From NCBI GenBank assembly GCA_963826785.1, contig CAWGYD010000003.1:224001-288000 (forward strand): a DNA stretch of 64,000 nucleotides, in the 5' to 3' direction. How positions within the stretch are numbered: position 1 is the stretch's first letter; each line of letters opens with the position of its first letter. This DNA comes from an uncultured delta proteobacterium. Its GTDB lineage: Bacteria > Desulfobacterota > Desulfobacteria > Desulfobacterales > Desulfosalsimonadaceae. A model generated the notes under the pieces. That model had not been told where the DNA came from, searched no databases, and saw only the letters and a program-made list of their open reading frames with translations. The position numbers were made by a program, and so were the translations under genes. This document shows, piece by piece, positions 29,995 to 40,610 of this stretch.

Positions 29995-30139
29995 TATGAC
30001 CCCCTTGTGTAATGGTTATTGCCTGCTGAAAAAGCGCATCTTTTGGCCCGATACTGCGGTCCCGGGCTTTTTTTGTTCTCAGTCTGCGTTTAAAAATCCC
30101 TGGGCCTTTTTTTTGAACCCGAATCTGCGCTTCGTTTTC

Positions 30140-31315
30140 CAAATACGATGAAACTTCTACCAGTTTACGGATCTTTTCGGTCAATTTGCTGGGGACCAGC
30201 GGTTTGCTGATAAAGCCGACCGCTTTTAACGGTTTCTGGGCATGAATGTCAAAATCGCTGTAGCCGGACATGAACAGAACCCGGGCACCGGGATAGCGGC
30301 GGGCAAATTTTTCCGCCAGTTCCCGGCCGTTCATGACGGGCATGATCACATCGGTCAGCAGAAGATCGATCTTTCCAGCGTTTCGCTGGGCGGTCTCCAG
30401 GGCGTCCTGTCCGTTCCTGGCTTTCAGGACGGCATATCCCAGCGGACTGAGAATGTCTCCGATCAACTGCCGCACCGTATCGTCATCGTCGACCACCAGG
30501 ATGGTTTCCGTTCCGGCGTTCAGCTTGTCCGGGGCAGCGGCCTGTATTTCGGGTCGGTCAATCGCCCATCCGGCGCGGCAATGAAGTCTGCGGTCAGGTC
30601 TTCCTCAAACAACCGCCGGTATTTGGCCTCACTGGTTCGAAGGGCGTTTTCGCTTGTCTTTCGCCGCCGGATGTTGACCAGCAGGATGACAATCAGCGCC
30701 AGCAGACCGGCAATCACGCCACCGGTGGCCCGGATCACTTTCCGATATTGAAAATACAGGCTGGCCGGCCGATTGATGATCCGGCTGTTTTCCGGGAGGG
30801 CGGACAAAAAGATGCCAAACCGTTTCAACTGGCGGTAATCGAATGCGGGCGCATAGATGGCGGGCATGATGGGAATCTTTCGGGCGGGGGTCCCGTTTAA
30901 AACCTCGATGGCCATCCGGGCGGCCCTCTGCCCGTGGCGGGCCGCATCATTGACCATGCCGCCGACAATCCCGTAACCCAGTTCCACCCCCCACTGGCCG
31001 TAAATGGGGACCGGGCATATGCGGCTCATGACCGGAAGATCATCCGTGTAGGAAAATCATTTCATAATAATCTGCATCGTCGCGTTTGCGGCTGTCCATG
31101 TATTCGATATAGACATTTTCTCTCGGAATGGCGCGCGCCAGTTCTTTAGTGATGGCATCTACGATCTGATCGGTCCAGTTGTATTGCGCGTGATAGGAGT
31201 TTAACACCAGAATGCGGGCATCGGGATGGTCCAGGGCAGAAACAGGTACTGCCTGAAAAAAAAGGATAAGGAGAATGAAGCGGCTGGCCTGCCGGATACA
31301 TGCGGCAAAAAACAT
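30140..31315 (-). pseudogene. Remnant of a hybrid sensor kinase (periplasmic sensor-TM-PAS...receiver) with two large out-of-frame internal deletions
   Basis: Three fragments: signal + 'ILVLNSYH..EYMDS'; 'FSY..PIYG..GIVGG..FDY..TM..SEAKYRRLFE'; and receiver 'GTETILVVDDD..LLLTDVIMP..FMSGY..KP'. No HisKA/HATPase lies between them. Confidence 0.75.
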
Positions 31316-31365
31316 GCGTTATTCCCCGAAGTTTACATAGAGGTGATCGCTGGATGTGGACCTGA

Positions 31366-32844
31366 TCACTTGCCCCGTGTTTCCCTGGCGGCGGTTTCCG
31401 GGTCGACCTTCCAGGTAAACAGGGGGGAGAGCACATACATCAGCATCTGGGTAAACACCAGATATCCGAAAAAAGGAGTAAATACAAACACCAGCATCAG
31501 CAACAGGTTTACCCAGGTAAACCAGGGATTCCGGTCCATGAATCTTCCCATGTGCAGATATCGGACCGGATACAGATTCATCAGAAATGCGGTGAACAGG
31601 ACCAGCCCGAACGCGAAAAATCCGATAAACCGCCCCCAGTCGCCCATGGCAGCGTCCGCGCCGCAGACCACCAGCAAGGGGGAGGTCACGAACAGGGCGG
31701 CGGCCGGCGTGGGCATTCCCTTGAAGAAACCGGGGATCGGCGAACGGTCCATCGTGAAATAGATCAGCCGTGCAAATCCCGCAAACACATAGGTAACGGC
31801 TGCAAGGGCCACCGGCAGCGCGCGCACATCCGGGTCCGGATGCATAGACAGGCAGATGTAGAAAATCCAGGCCGGGGCGATGCAGAAACTCATTCCATCC
31901 GCGACATCATCCATAATGCCGCCGAAGGTCACGTGGCCATGCTTCACCGTATCCGGAAGGGGTTCGGTCAGGCCCAGTCTCCGGGCCATGGCACCGTCGA
32001 GTTTGTCAAATACCGTGGCCCCGATGAGCAGCAGATAGGCTTCCGTCATCTTTCCCTGATAGGCGAAAAAAACCGCCATCAGGCCCATCATGGCGTTCAT
32101 GACGGTTAAGGCATTGGGAAAGAAGGCCAGTATCCGCCTCCGGAGCAGCTGATCATCCAGGCAGATTTCGTTTAAGCAGTAGGTGCCGTATTTCCGGCAG
32201 TATCCGGCGATGGAGCCGAAGTTGATGACCAGAAAAACGATTTCGATGATAAACAGGTTCCGGACCGGCAGGTTTCCCATCCAGTCCAGTGCGGCATAGA
32301 TGGGAGAAAAAGCTCCGGCCGAAGGAATGTAAAATGCATGCATGTACAAAAGAAGCCCGAGGGGGGCGGCGATGACCGTCCTGAGACGCGTGAGTTCCCG
32401 CAGTTCCGGGGCCTGGTCATTGCGGATGGCAAACCCGCGCATGAAATGGGCAAAGTTGTTGCGGATCAGAACGGTGACGCAGACGATGAGCACAAAAACC
32501 GCATGGAGCAGATCCAGCCGATTGTGCCCCGCAGGGGCGTACACCAGCCGCCACATCATCCCGACGGCCACCAGGGGAAATACAATGGAATAGACCAGCC
32601 GGTCCATGATCCGCTCGGCCAGTTCGGCAATGGTGAGATTGGTGATAAATCTTGCGGCAAACCATCCGTCCACCAGGTCGAAGATCATGGAGGTAAACAG
32701 CAGGAGGGTCCCGGCCAGGTACAAGGAGGAACTCCGGGTGAGCATCACCGCCATGGCGCAGAGCATGCCGCCGAAAACCAGGGGCGGACGGCCGTAAACC
32801 AGAACAGGGGTGATTTTCTTTAAAACACGATGATCAACAGTCAT
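31366..32844 (-). CDS. Membrane protein with two CDP-alcohol phosphatidyltransferase domains (C-terminal PssA-like)
   Basis: Two motifs: DLVDGWFAAR...ERIMD, and DKLDGAMAR...G..MDDVAD. Also FFKGMPTP. Confidence 0.85.
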   Translation of the reverse strand: MTVDHRVLKKITPVLVYGRPPLVFGGMLCAMAVMLTRSSSLYLAGTLLLFTSMIFDLVDGWFAARFITNLTIAELAERIMDRLVYSIVFPLVAVGMMWRLVYAPAGHNRLDLLHAVFVLIVCVTVLIRNNFAHFMRGFAIRNDQAPELRELTRLRTVIAAPLGLLLYMHAFYIPSAGAFSPIYAALDWMGNLPVRNLFIIEIVFLVINFGSIAGYCRKYGTYCLNEICLDDQLLRRRILAFFPNALTVMNAMMGLMAVFFAYQGKMTEAYLLLIGATVFDKLDGAMARRLGLTEPLPDTVKHGHVTFGGIMDDVADGMSFCIAPAWIFYICLSMHPDPDVRALPVALAAVTYVFAGFARLIYFTMDRSPIPGFFKGMPTPAAALFVTSPLLVVCGADAAMGDWGRFIGFFAFGLVLFTAFLMNLYPVRYLHMGRFMDRNPWFTWVNLLLMLVFVFTPFFGYLVFTQMLMYVLSPLFTWKVDPETAARETRGK

Positions 32845-32938
32845 AAAAGGCAGTTTAGGTTTTATGTGGCTGACCTGTAAAGTAAAAAAAGAAAACAGCA
32901 GAAGGATTTTTCCCATTTAAATCATTTCTTTGCTCAAA

Positions 32939-33400
32939 TTAAACTTCGAAAATCCCCTGGTAGGCCTTTTCCAGCCGGTGCTTATGGCGGGCTTCCTCAT
33001 TTGCCAGGCCGATAAACAACAGGCTCAGGTCGGGGTCATCCGTGATTTCGGCCAGCAAGGAATACAGCTGTTGTGATTTTTCCTCGCGTTTCATGGCAAG
33101 GATCAGCGCGTTTTTAAAATCCATATCGGGATGGGGGGCTTCATGGGCCAGGTGCTCTGAAACATGCAGGTCCGCGATCCGCCTGGAAATGCCGGAGAAG
33201 ATCGCCTCCATCTTGGCGCCATCCAGATCCTGAAGGGTGGCCTGATGCATCCTTTCCTCCTGGGCAAATTCCAGAAACATCTGGCGGGCGGCCGTATCTT
33301 TGACGATATCGGCCATATCCGAATAGAATGCGAAGGCATCTTTTTCCCGCATGACTGCAAAATCGATCACTTCAGAAAAGCAATGAAATCCGTTTTTCAC
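32939..33400 (-). CDS. Rubrerythrin/ferritin-like diiron protein
   Basis: Two E...EExxH repeats (QEERMH, NEEARH); GTG start with AGGAG RBS. Confidence 0.85.
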   Translation of the reverse strand: MKNGFHCFSEVIDFAVMREKDAFAFYSDMADIVKDTAARQMFLEFAQEERMHQATLQDLDGAKMEAIFSGISRRIADLHVSEHLAHEAPHPDMDFKNALILAMKREEKSQQLYSLLAEITDDPDLSLLFIGLANEEARHKHRLEKAYQGIFEV

Positions 33401-33436
33401 TTTAATCTCCTGCTGGTAAGTGCCTGCGCGCCGCTG

Positions 33437-34945
33437 TCACTGGACGGCGGGCAGAAAAATGGAAACAGTGGTACCTTCGCCAGGCGCCGATTGCACGCGG
33501 ATATCTCCTGAATGACGCTTGATGATGGCATAGACGATGGTCAGGCCCAGGCCGCGGCCCCGGTCCGAATCCCGCTGCTGGGTGGAAAAATAAGGATCGA
33601 AGATCTGGTCCTGGTGCTCCGGGGCGATCCCGGCGCCGGTATCGATGATGGATATTTTCACATAGGGGCCCGGCGGCAATGAGGGCGCCTCCGATGCCGC
33701 CGATGCCGACAAGGTAATGTTTTCAGCCGAAATGGCGACAGTTCCACCCGACGGCATGGCATTTTCGGCGTTTGACAGCAGGTTTTCAAAGACCTGGAGC
33801 ATGTGCGCGGCAATAAAATTCACCGGATGCAGGTCATCGGGGATGAAGATCTGGTAATCAGCGGCGGCGTTTGGCCCGGACCGGGCGTCCACCGCCTGCC
33901 GGATCATCCCGGAAATCCCTTCGGGGGTCTTCGGGGGAAGATCGCTGTCCGAAAACTGAAGGAACCTGAGCACCAGTTCCCGTGCATCCATGCACGAGTG
34001 ATAGGCCCGGGTGAGATGCTGGAGCGGTGATCCTCCGGCAGTTTGCCGGGCCAGTTCGATCCCGCCCATGATGGCAGTCAACAGGTTATTGAAATCGTGG
34101 GCAATGCCCTCGGCCATCCTGGCCACCGCCTCCATTTTCCGGGCCTGGCGAAGTTCGGTTTCCAGGGCCACCTGTTCCTCTTGAGCCTGCTTCAATCGGG
34201 AGACATCATGGATGGTGCCCTGGTATGCCACCACCTCGCCGTTTGCACCCCGGACCACCACGGCGGTGATCTGGGCGGGAAAGACACAGCCGTCCTTTCG
34301 CCTCATGTTGACGGGGTAGCGATGCACCGATCCATTTTCAGCGATGGCCGCCATCAGCCGCTGACGGTCTATCGCTTCAGCATACAGGCTCGCAACGGGT
34401 ATCTGCGTCATCTCGGTGTGGGTATAGCCGAACATTTCCCGGGCCGACTCGTTGAACTCCTGGGTCCGGCCATCCACCGAAGTGATATAGACGCAGTCTG
34501 CGGAGGTCTTGAAAAAATTCCGGTATTTTTCCTCGTTTCGCCTCAGGCTTTCCTGCATTTGAACGACATCGGTCCGATCGATGGCAAAACAGATCAGCCC
34601 CATGGGCCGATCCTTGAAATCCCTCAGTGGAACCTTCCAGACCCGCATGGTTTTTTCCCCGGCGGCGGTTCGACAGGAGAGCAGCAAATCCTTTTGCACC
34701 TTGCCGGTCGCGATCACCCGAAGATCACCCGCCATCAAATCGGAGGCCGGATGGCCGGACAGGGATTTTTCCGTATGGGATTCGACATCCGATTTCGATA
34801 TTCCAAAAACATCCACCAGGGCTTTGTTGGCGCAGATGACCCTGCCATCGGCATCGGTGCAGTAAACCGGAGTGGGAAAGGCATCAAAAATGATGTCGAT
34901 AAATTCTTTGCGCTCAAGCAATTTTGGATTTTGAGGATTGTCCAT
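33437..34945 (-). CDS. Cytoplasmic PAS-PAS sensor histidine kinase (paralog of 11911-13410)
   Basis: Motifs [21 protein letters not shown] and GRGLGL. Confidence 0.9.
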   Translation of the reverse strand: MDNPQNPKLLERKEFIDIIFDAFPTPVYCTDADGRVICANKALVDVFGISKSDVESHTEKSLSGHPASDLMAGDLRVIATGKVQKDLLLSCRTAAGEKTMRVWKVPLRDFKDRPMGLICFAIDRTDVVQMQESLRRNEEKYRNFFKTSADCVYITSVDGRTQEFNESAREMFGYTHTEMTQIPVASLYAEAIDRQRLMAAIAENGSVHRYPVNMRRKDGCVFPAQITAVVVRGANGEVVAYQGTIHDVSRLKQAQEEQVALETELRQARKMEAVARMAEGIAHDFNNLLTAIMGGIELARQTAGGSPLQHLTRAYHSCMDARELVLRFLQFSDSDLPPKTPEGISGMIRQAVDARSGPNAAADYQIFIPDDLHPVNFIAAHMLQVFENLLSNAENAMPSGGTVAISAENITLSASAASEAPSLPPGPYVKISIIDTGAGIAPEHQDQIFDPYFSTQQRDSDRGRGLGLTIVYAIIKRHSGDIRVQSAPGEGTTVSIFLPAVQ

Positions 34946-35009
34946 GTTTTTTCCCTGTCTGCCTTGCAGAAAATGTCCTTAAGGCACAACATCCGTGTAA
35001 ACGAATTTC

Positions 35010-37059
35010 TCACCCGAAAATGCGGCAGGCAGATGAGCAGACATCATACACCACCGGGCAGGGGCCATGATGCTTTTATCATCGTGCCGATTCCGGGCGA
35101 TGACCGCACCATCAGGGTTCCACCCGAAAGGCGGACCCGCTCTTTCATGCTGGCAAGCCCGATTCTCCCCGATGACGGTTCAATCGTTTTTGAGATCAAA
35201 CCCCACCCCGTTGTCTTTGACCATCAACTCGATCCGGCTTTCCGGGTGACTGAGAAAAATTTCCAGCCGGCTGGCCTGGCTGTGCCGGAGGGCATTTGCC
35301 ATGGCTTCCTGCATGATCCTGAAAATCGTAATTTTTAAATCTTCCGGGACATCTTCTTCTGAGATATTGACATCGGGCAGAATCCTGCAGCCGGGGATGG
35401 ATTCCTGCAGGTTGCGGCAGAGCCACTGCATCGCGGCGATGAGGCCCAGATCATCCAGCATCGGTGGACGCAGCTCCGTATAGAGGGTCCGGATATCGCC
35501 GATCGTCTCCCGGGAAAATGAAACAAACCGCTCCAGCAACTCCCGCACAGCGGGCGAAATTGAATCGCCCGCCTTCAGCAGTTCGCCTTCCATGCTGAAC
35601 TTGAATCCGGCCAGCGGCTGCCCGATGCGGTCATGAAGATCTCCGGCGATGCGCTGCCGCTCCTGCTCCTGAAGGGATATGAGCCTGGCGGAAAGCGCCC
35701 GGAGCTGATTTTCCGATTCCTGCAGCGCCTTTTGGGCCTCGACTTTTTCATGGATATCCGAAATCATGAGCAAAACAGCGGGCGCGCCATCCCACTCAAT
35801 CGTGTTGACCCGGAGTTCGATCCAGCGGACTTTTCCGCTCTTGTGAATATAGCGGCAATAACTGATACGAGGGGGTCGGCCGCCGGCCATCCGTTTGCGA
35901 TATCTATCCATTGTGACAGCCCGGTCGTCCTCATGAATGAAACCGATAAAGGGAGTGGACAAGAGTTCATCCATGGCATATCCGGTGATCTGTTCGGCCT
36001 TGGGATTCACATACCGGATCTGGTCCCCCTGGGTGACGATGATGACCTCATTGGCATTTTCCACCACCGTGCGGTACCGGAGATCAAGGCGGCGCAATGC
36101 GTCTTCGGCCGCCTTTTTCGCCGTGATATCACGGCCGATGATCTGCACGGCGGTTTTCCCCTGGTAGGGAAAGGGAACGCCCCTGAATTCCACATCGATT
36201 TGCGTGCCGTCCAGCCGCAGGATTTTCTGTTCGTAAACCGGGGAAGGGGTGCCTTCCTGTACTAATTTTTCGATGCGCGCCCGCGAATCATCGCGCCTGG
36301 GCGGACTGACGAAGTCCGTAAGGGGCATTCCGATGAGCTGATCCGGCGTGGCGGCGCCCATCATGCGGGCGCCGGCCGGATTGATGAACACGATCTTCCC
36401 CTCGCAGTGAATGGCCACCAGGTCGGGAGAAAGTTCCACCAGGTCCTGGTAGCGGGCCTCGCTTGCAGCCAGGTCCGCCTCGGTGCGCATCCGGCAGATG
36501 ACCGAGCCGGCTGCACGGCCGATGGATTCCAGCATAATGGCCTGCGCGTCCGTAAACGCCCTGGGCATCCGGCTGGCCATGTTCAGGGCGCCGATGACCT
36601 TCTTTTTCGCCAGCAGTGGAACCGAAATGACGGAACTGAGCCCGTGTTTTTCCGATATATCCGGCAGAAATTCTGCAAACCGGTCGGCCAGAATGGCCTT
36701 TTTTTCCAAAAACACGATGCTGAACGGCCACTGACCGGTATCCACCGTCCGGACCGCCGCCACAAAATCCGTTGACAGGCCCCTTGCGCAGACGATCTCG
36801 GCGGTCCCGGCCGATTCATCGGAAAAATATATGGCGCCTCCGTCGCAATCCAGAAACGAAACGATTTCTTCCAGGATGTTCGCCAGAAGCGTCTGGAGCC
36901 CCCGCACCGATTCCCCAGATGAATGATGCGGTGCAGGATATCCTCTTTTCGGCTGATTTTGCCGGAAAAGGGAGTTTCCGGATCCGGCTTTGACGGCGGG
37001 AAGGCCGATGCCGTTGATCTTGGCGGGCCGCCGGATTTTCGCGAGTTTTTCCTTTTCAT
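35010..37059 (-). CDS. GAF-PAS-PAS NarX/UhpB-type (HisKA_3) kinase, two apparent 1-nt frameshifts
   Basis: ERQRIAGDLHD, LRPPMLDDLGL, QEAMAN and DNGVGF. The G2 box (GLASMKER) continues in another frame after the A5 run at about 35188. The N-terminus shifts at a G5 run at about 36900. Confidence 0.8.
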
Positions 37060-37440
37060 CTCATGTGAAGGCTTTCGGGAAAGCACGGCCATCCCAGGCA
37101 TTATCGACACGAAAATGCGCTGGTCCGGCCATATGAAAAAATAAGTGAAAAGAACGTCGTTGTGCCGGGACCGGCAGCCAGAACAAGGATTTGGGGGGAA
37201 TGACGATTGGCCGGCCGAGATCATCTATTCAGTGCCTGAACGAAAACCGCTAATTTTCCCAATTTCTGCGTTGGGCTCAAATTTTAATCCTCGAAATACG
37301 TCCAGTATTCCTGCGGTTAAAATTCTCGCCCGCCTTGAACTTGAAAAAATTTTCAGGTTTTCGTTCGGGCACTATTTATCTGATAGAATCTCAGAAACCT
37401 AAATATCTGTCAACTTGAAAAAAATAGAACGAAATCCGGT

Positions 37441-38136
37441 TCAACCCGGAGGCAAAGCGTCTATTTTCGTCAACTGCAGGGTAAAAGATTCGTTGTGGAC
37501 CGGCCGGCTTTGCAGCACGAAATCAAACCGGTCCAGGGCCATGCAGTAGTCGAAATCCTCCGGCGGCGCAAAACCCCCTTCGATGATCCGACGGCCGGCA
37601 CCGGTTTTCAAACGCTGACGGATGCCATTGAAATCGACCGCAATCCCTTCGAGCCGGTCGCGAAGATATTGCGCGCAGATCAGATCTTCATCCCCCGGAT
37701 CGGGATATCCGGTGCAGTACAGATTGATTTCAGCGGGCCGCTGCCGGAGCAGATAGCAAATCACGGCCCCGGCATTGACGAAACTGCCCGTGATGACGTT
37801 ATCCGCGCCGGCTGCGGCGAACAGGCCGCGGGTCCCTGCGGTGGTGGTATGGATGCAGACCTTGCCTTCAAGATCCGCCCGGAGTACTTCTGCCGGTGAG
37901 TTTCCCAGGTCGAACCCCTCCACCTTGAAGCCGCCGCGCTCGCCGATCAGCACCGAATTTCCCAGATGATTCCTGAGTAAAAACGCCTCCTCGACGGTGG
38001 CCACCGGAATATAGCGGCGCGGCCGTTTGGCCATCACATAGCAGGACACGGAAAACGCCCGGAACACGTCGATGATCACCGCGGTCCCCGCGGCCTCCCG
38101 GATGGCGTCTTCTTCGGTGATGATTCGGATGTTCAT
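37441..38136 (-). CDS. comB: 2-phosphosulfolactate phosphatase family protein
   Basis: Motifs IIDVFRA, GERGG, FDLGNSP, TTTAGT and ED. Confidence 0.85.
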   Translation of the reverse strand: MNIRIITEEDAIREAAGTAVIIDVFRAFSVSCYVMAKRPRRYIPVATVEEAFLLRNHLGNSVLIGERGGFKVEGFDLGNSPAEVLRADLEGKVCIHTTTAGTRGLFAAAGADNVITGSFVNAGAVICYLLRQRPAEINLYCTGYPDPGDEDLICAQYLRDRLEGIAVDFNGIRQRLKTGAGRRIIEGGFAPPEDFDYCMALDRFDFVLQSRPVHNESFTLQLTKIDALPPG

Positions 38137-38148
38137 ACGCCCAAAAAC

Positions 38149-38802
38149 TTAATAGTACCACCCCCGGATGACAAACGCGTAAATGTTCATGACGATGGGC
38201 ACCGTATAAAAAGCGCAGAGGGTGATGATCTTGCTTCTCATGGATTTCAAGGTGATCACCAGGGCCGCGGCCATGAAGAAATGGAAATAGCCGAACAGGA
38301 AGATCAGCCACACCCCTTTGTAGGACAGGTACCACCATTCATATTCCCAGATGAGATGATTGCCGATGTTGAGCAGACATTCCACAAATACGCAGAAAAT
38401 GGAATAACCGATGGCCCAGAACAGCTTTTCGGGAAGCCCCAGGATTTTCTGCGTGGTGGCCGGCGACAGCGTGTGGTAGTAGATGATGCCCACGATTAAA
38501 AACATGAACATGATCTCGATGTTCCATCCCACCATGGTGCGGAGCGCCGTGGGCCCCGGCGTCGTCCACACGGCGGAGCGGCCGGTGAACACCAGCACCC
38601 ATCCGTTCCAGGTTTCATTGAAAAAATCGACCCCGAAGATGGTCAGCCCGGCAAAAACCGCGTTCCAGTTTCCCGTCAGCCGGGCGTCCTTGATTTCCTT
38701 GGCATACACGTAAAAGATCAGCGCCAGCAGCGGAATAATATACCATTTAATCATGGACAAATCCCGGAGTCCGTCAAGCGCGCGAATGGTCGCCTCGGTC
38801 AT
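38149..38802 (-). CDS. Hypothetical integral membrane protein
   Basis: About 6 hydrophobic segments; GGGAGG RBS; tight operon spacing. Confidence 0.8.
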   Translation of the reverse strand: MTEATIRALDGLRDLSMIKWYIIPLLALIFYVYAKEIKDARLTGNWNAVFAGLTIFGVDFFNETWNGWVLVFTGRSAVWTTPGPTALRTMVGWNIEIMFMFLIVGIIYYHTLSPATTQKILGLPEKLFWAIGYSIFCVFVECLLNIGNHLIWEYEWWYLSYKGVWLIFLFGYFHFFMAAALVITLKSMRSKIITLCAFYTVPIVMNIYAFVIRGWYY

Positions 38803-38827
38803 CGTACACCTCCCCTGATTTTAAAAA

Positions 38828-40306
38828 TTATTTCCCGGCATTTTTCGCCATATCTTCATCGGGGTCCCGGACCCCGCACAAACGCATGGCCAGCTGCTGC
38901 TTGGTCTTCATGTCCGCCAGGCGCGAAATCATGACCCGCTGGGCCTGGGGAGAGCCCGCCCCGTGCATCGATTCGGTAAGATAGCCCACCGCGGCGGTTC
39001 CCAGGGTGAGATTTTCGATCAGCCGGAGAATGCGCATCCGGTTTTCAATGGATACACCGGTGCCCGCCTGGAAATATTTTTCGATCCACCGCCGGGTCTG
39101 GGGCGATTTGAAATCCTGCTCGGAGGGCAGGGTCACCATCAGGCCCCCGGCGACATCCTGGGCCAGCCGGGCGATCTCATAGGGGAAACGCGTGACGTTC
39201 TGTTTGGAGACATTGGCCAGCAGGGTGTTGACACAAAAGGTGCCGCTGGGCTGCTGCTCACCTTCCGATGCGCAGGCGATGGAACCGCAGTAGAGCGTCT
39301 CGTTTAAATGGTTCATCTCGATGATCTTGTCTTTGATGTGGGACGCTTTGGCCACGCCGTTGTATTCCGCGATGGTCTGGGCGGCGCCGATGAGGACATC
39401 CCCCACCCCCACCTTGCAGGCGTAACTCTGGCGGTGATAGGAGGCGAATTTTTCCACCAGGGGGCCGGCAAACTCGTATTCTCCGCACATGAAGATCCGA
39501 TCCGCGGGGACGAACACATCGTCAAAAACCACCAGGGCTTCGTGCCCGCCGAACACGGGATTGCCCACGTCCAGGTTCCCCCCCTCCAGCTTGCGCGTGT
39601 CGCAGGACTGGCGGCCCATGATGTAGGTGATCCCCTCCGCGTCGCTGGGCAGGGCAAAGGAGACGGCATAGTCGCGGTCGGCTTCGCGCATGGCGATGGT
39701 GGGCATGACGATGATCTCATGGGAATTGACCGCCCCGGTCTGGTGGGCCTTGGCGCCGCGGACCACGATGCCGTCGGCCCGCTTTTCCACCACCCGCAGG
39801 TACATGTCCGGATCGGGCTGCTGGTGAGGCGCAAGGGAGCGGTCCCCCTTGGGGTCGGTCATGGCGCCGTCGCAGGTGAGGTCGTTTTCCTGGACATGGG
39901 CCAGGTACTTCTCGAAATTCGGGTAATAGGAGGTGCCCCTGGCCGCGTCGATATCCCAGGTGACGATGGACAGGGCATTTAAGGCGTCCATGCCCACGCA
40001 GCGCTGGAAACAGCACCCGGTGTGCGCCCCCATCAGCCGCCCCATCTTCGTCTTTTTCACCAGGTCGTCCACGCTCTGGTGGATGTGGGTAAACCGGTTG
40101 ATCTTCTTTCCGGTCAGGTGGGAGGTTGCGGTCATGATCTCTTCATATTCCGGGCGCCCGGCCATCTCATAGGTCTTGGCCACCGCATTCATGGACGGCC
40201 GGATGATCGGGTCATCCACCACGTTTTCCAGGCGCCGCCCGAACATGTACACCACCAGGTTCAATTTGCGCAGACTGTCTTCATATTGTTTTGCCGTCAT
40301 CCGCAT
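38828..40306 (-). CDS. abfD: 4-hydroxybutyryl-CoA dehydratase (HpaB-fold, FAD/[4Fe-4S])
   Basis: Motifs CFQRC, MTDPKGDR, GAKAHQTG, HRQSYAC and ESMHGAGSPQAQ. Confidence 0.9.
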   Translation of the reverse strand: MRMTAKQYEDSLRKLNLVVYMFGRRLENVVDDPIIRPSMNAVAKTYEMAGRPEYEEIMTATSHLTGKKINRFTHIHQSVDDLVKKTKMGRLMGAHTGCCFQRCVGMDALNALSIVTWDIDAARGTSYYPNFEKYLAHVQENDLTCDGAMTDPKGDRSLAPHQQPDPDMYLRVVEKRADGIVVRGAKAHQTGAVNSHEIIVMPTIAMREADRDYAVSFALPSDAEGITYIMGRQSCDTRKLEGGNLDVGNPVFGGHEALVVFDDVFVPADRIFMCGEYEFAGPLVEKFASYHRQSYACKVGVGDVLIGAAQTIAEYNGVAKASHIKDKIIEMNHLNETLYCGSIACASEGEQQPSGTFCVNTLLANVSKQNVTRFPYEIARLAQDVAGGLMVTLPSEQDFKSPQTRRWIEKYFQAGTGVSIENRMRILRLIENLTLGTAAVGYLTESMHGAGSPQAQRVMISRLADMKTKQQLAMRLCGVRDPDEDMAKNAGK

Positions 40307-40346
40307 GGGATCACCTCAGTCTATATTTTTACCTATTTCTTAAAGC

Positions 40347-40533
40347 TTCGTAAAAAACTTCCGCCCCCGCCGGACTGTGTTTTTGCAGCAAGGAACTTCT
40401 GAATCCTAACGGCCGCCGGCCAGCACACCCCCCTTTAATTCCCCCCTCAAGGGGGGATTGAGGTTTCTTTAATTCCGCCCACAAAGGGGGATTGACTTTA
40501 TTCCCCCCTTGAGGGGGGACCAAGGGGGGTGTT
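40347..40533 (+). repeat. Dispersed palindromic element, copy A
   Basis: TTTTTGCAG..TAACGGCCG..CACACCCCCCTT..CCCCCCTCAAGGGGGG..CCCCCCTTGAGGGGGG..GGGGGGTGTT, shared with copies B and C. Confidence 0.85.
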
Positions 40534-40610
40534 CGGCCGTTCGATTAAAACATAACCCATTCTCAGCCTAAACTGCTACCAATATTCACATCATGGGCGG
40601 CTTTTCGGTT

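Noticed and set aside
29846..30140. C-terminal extension of the receiver ORF running into the CoA ligase gene
   Set aside because: It is run-on through intergenic DNA from a pseudogene fragment, not a credible fusion.
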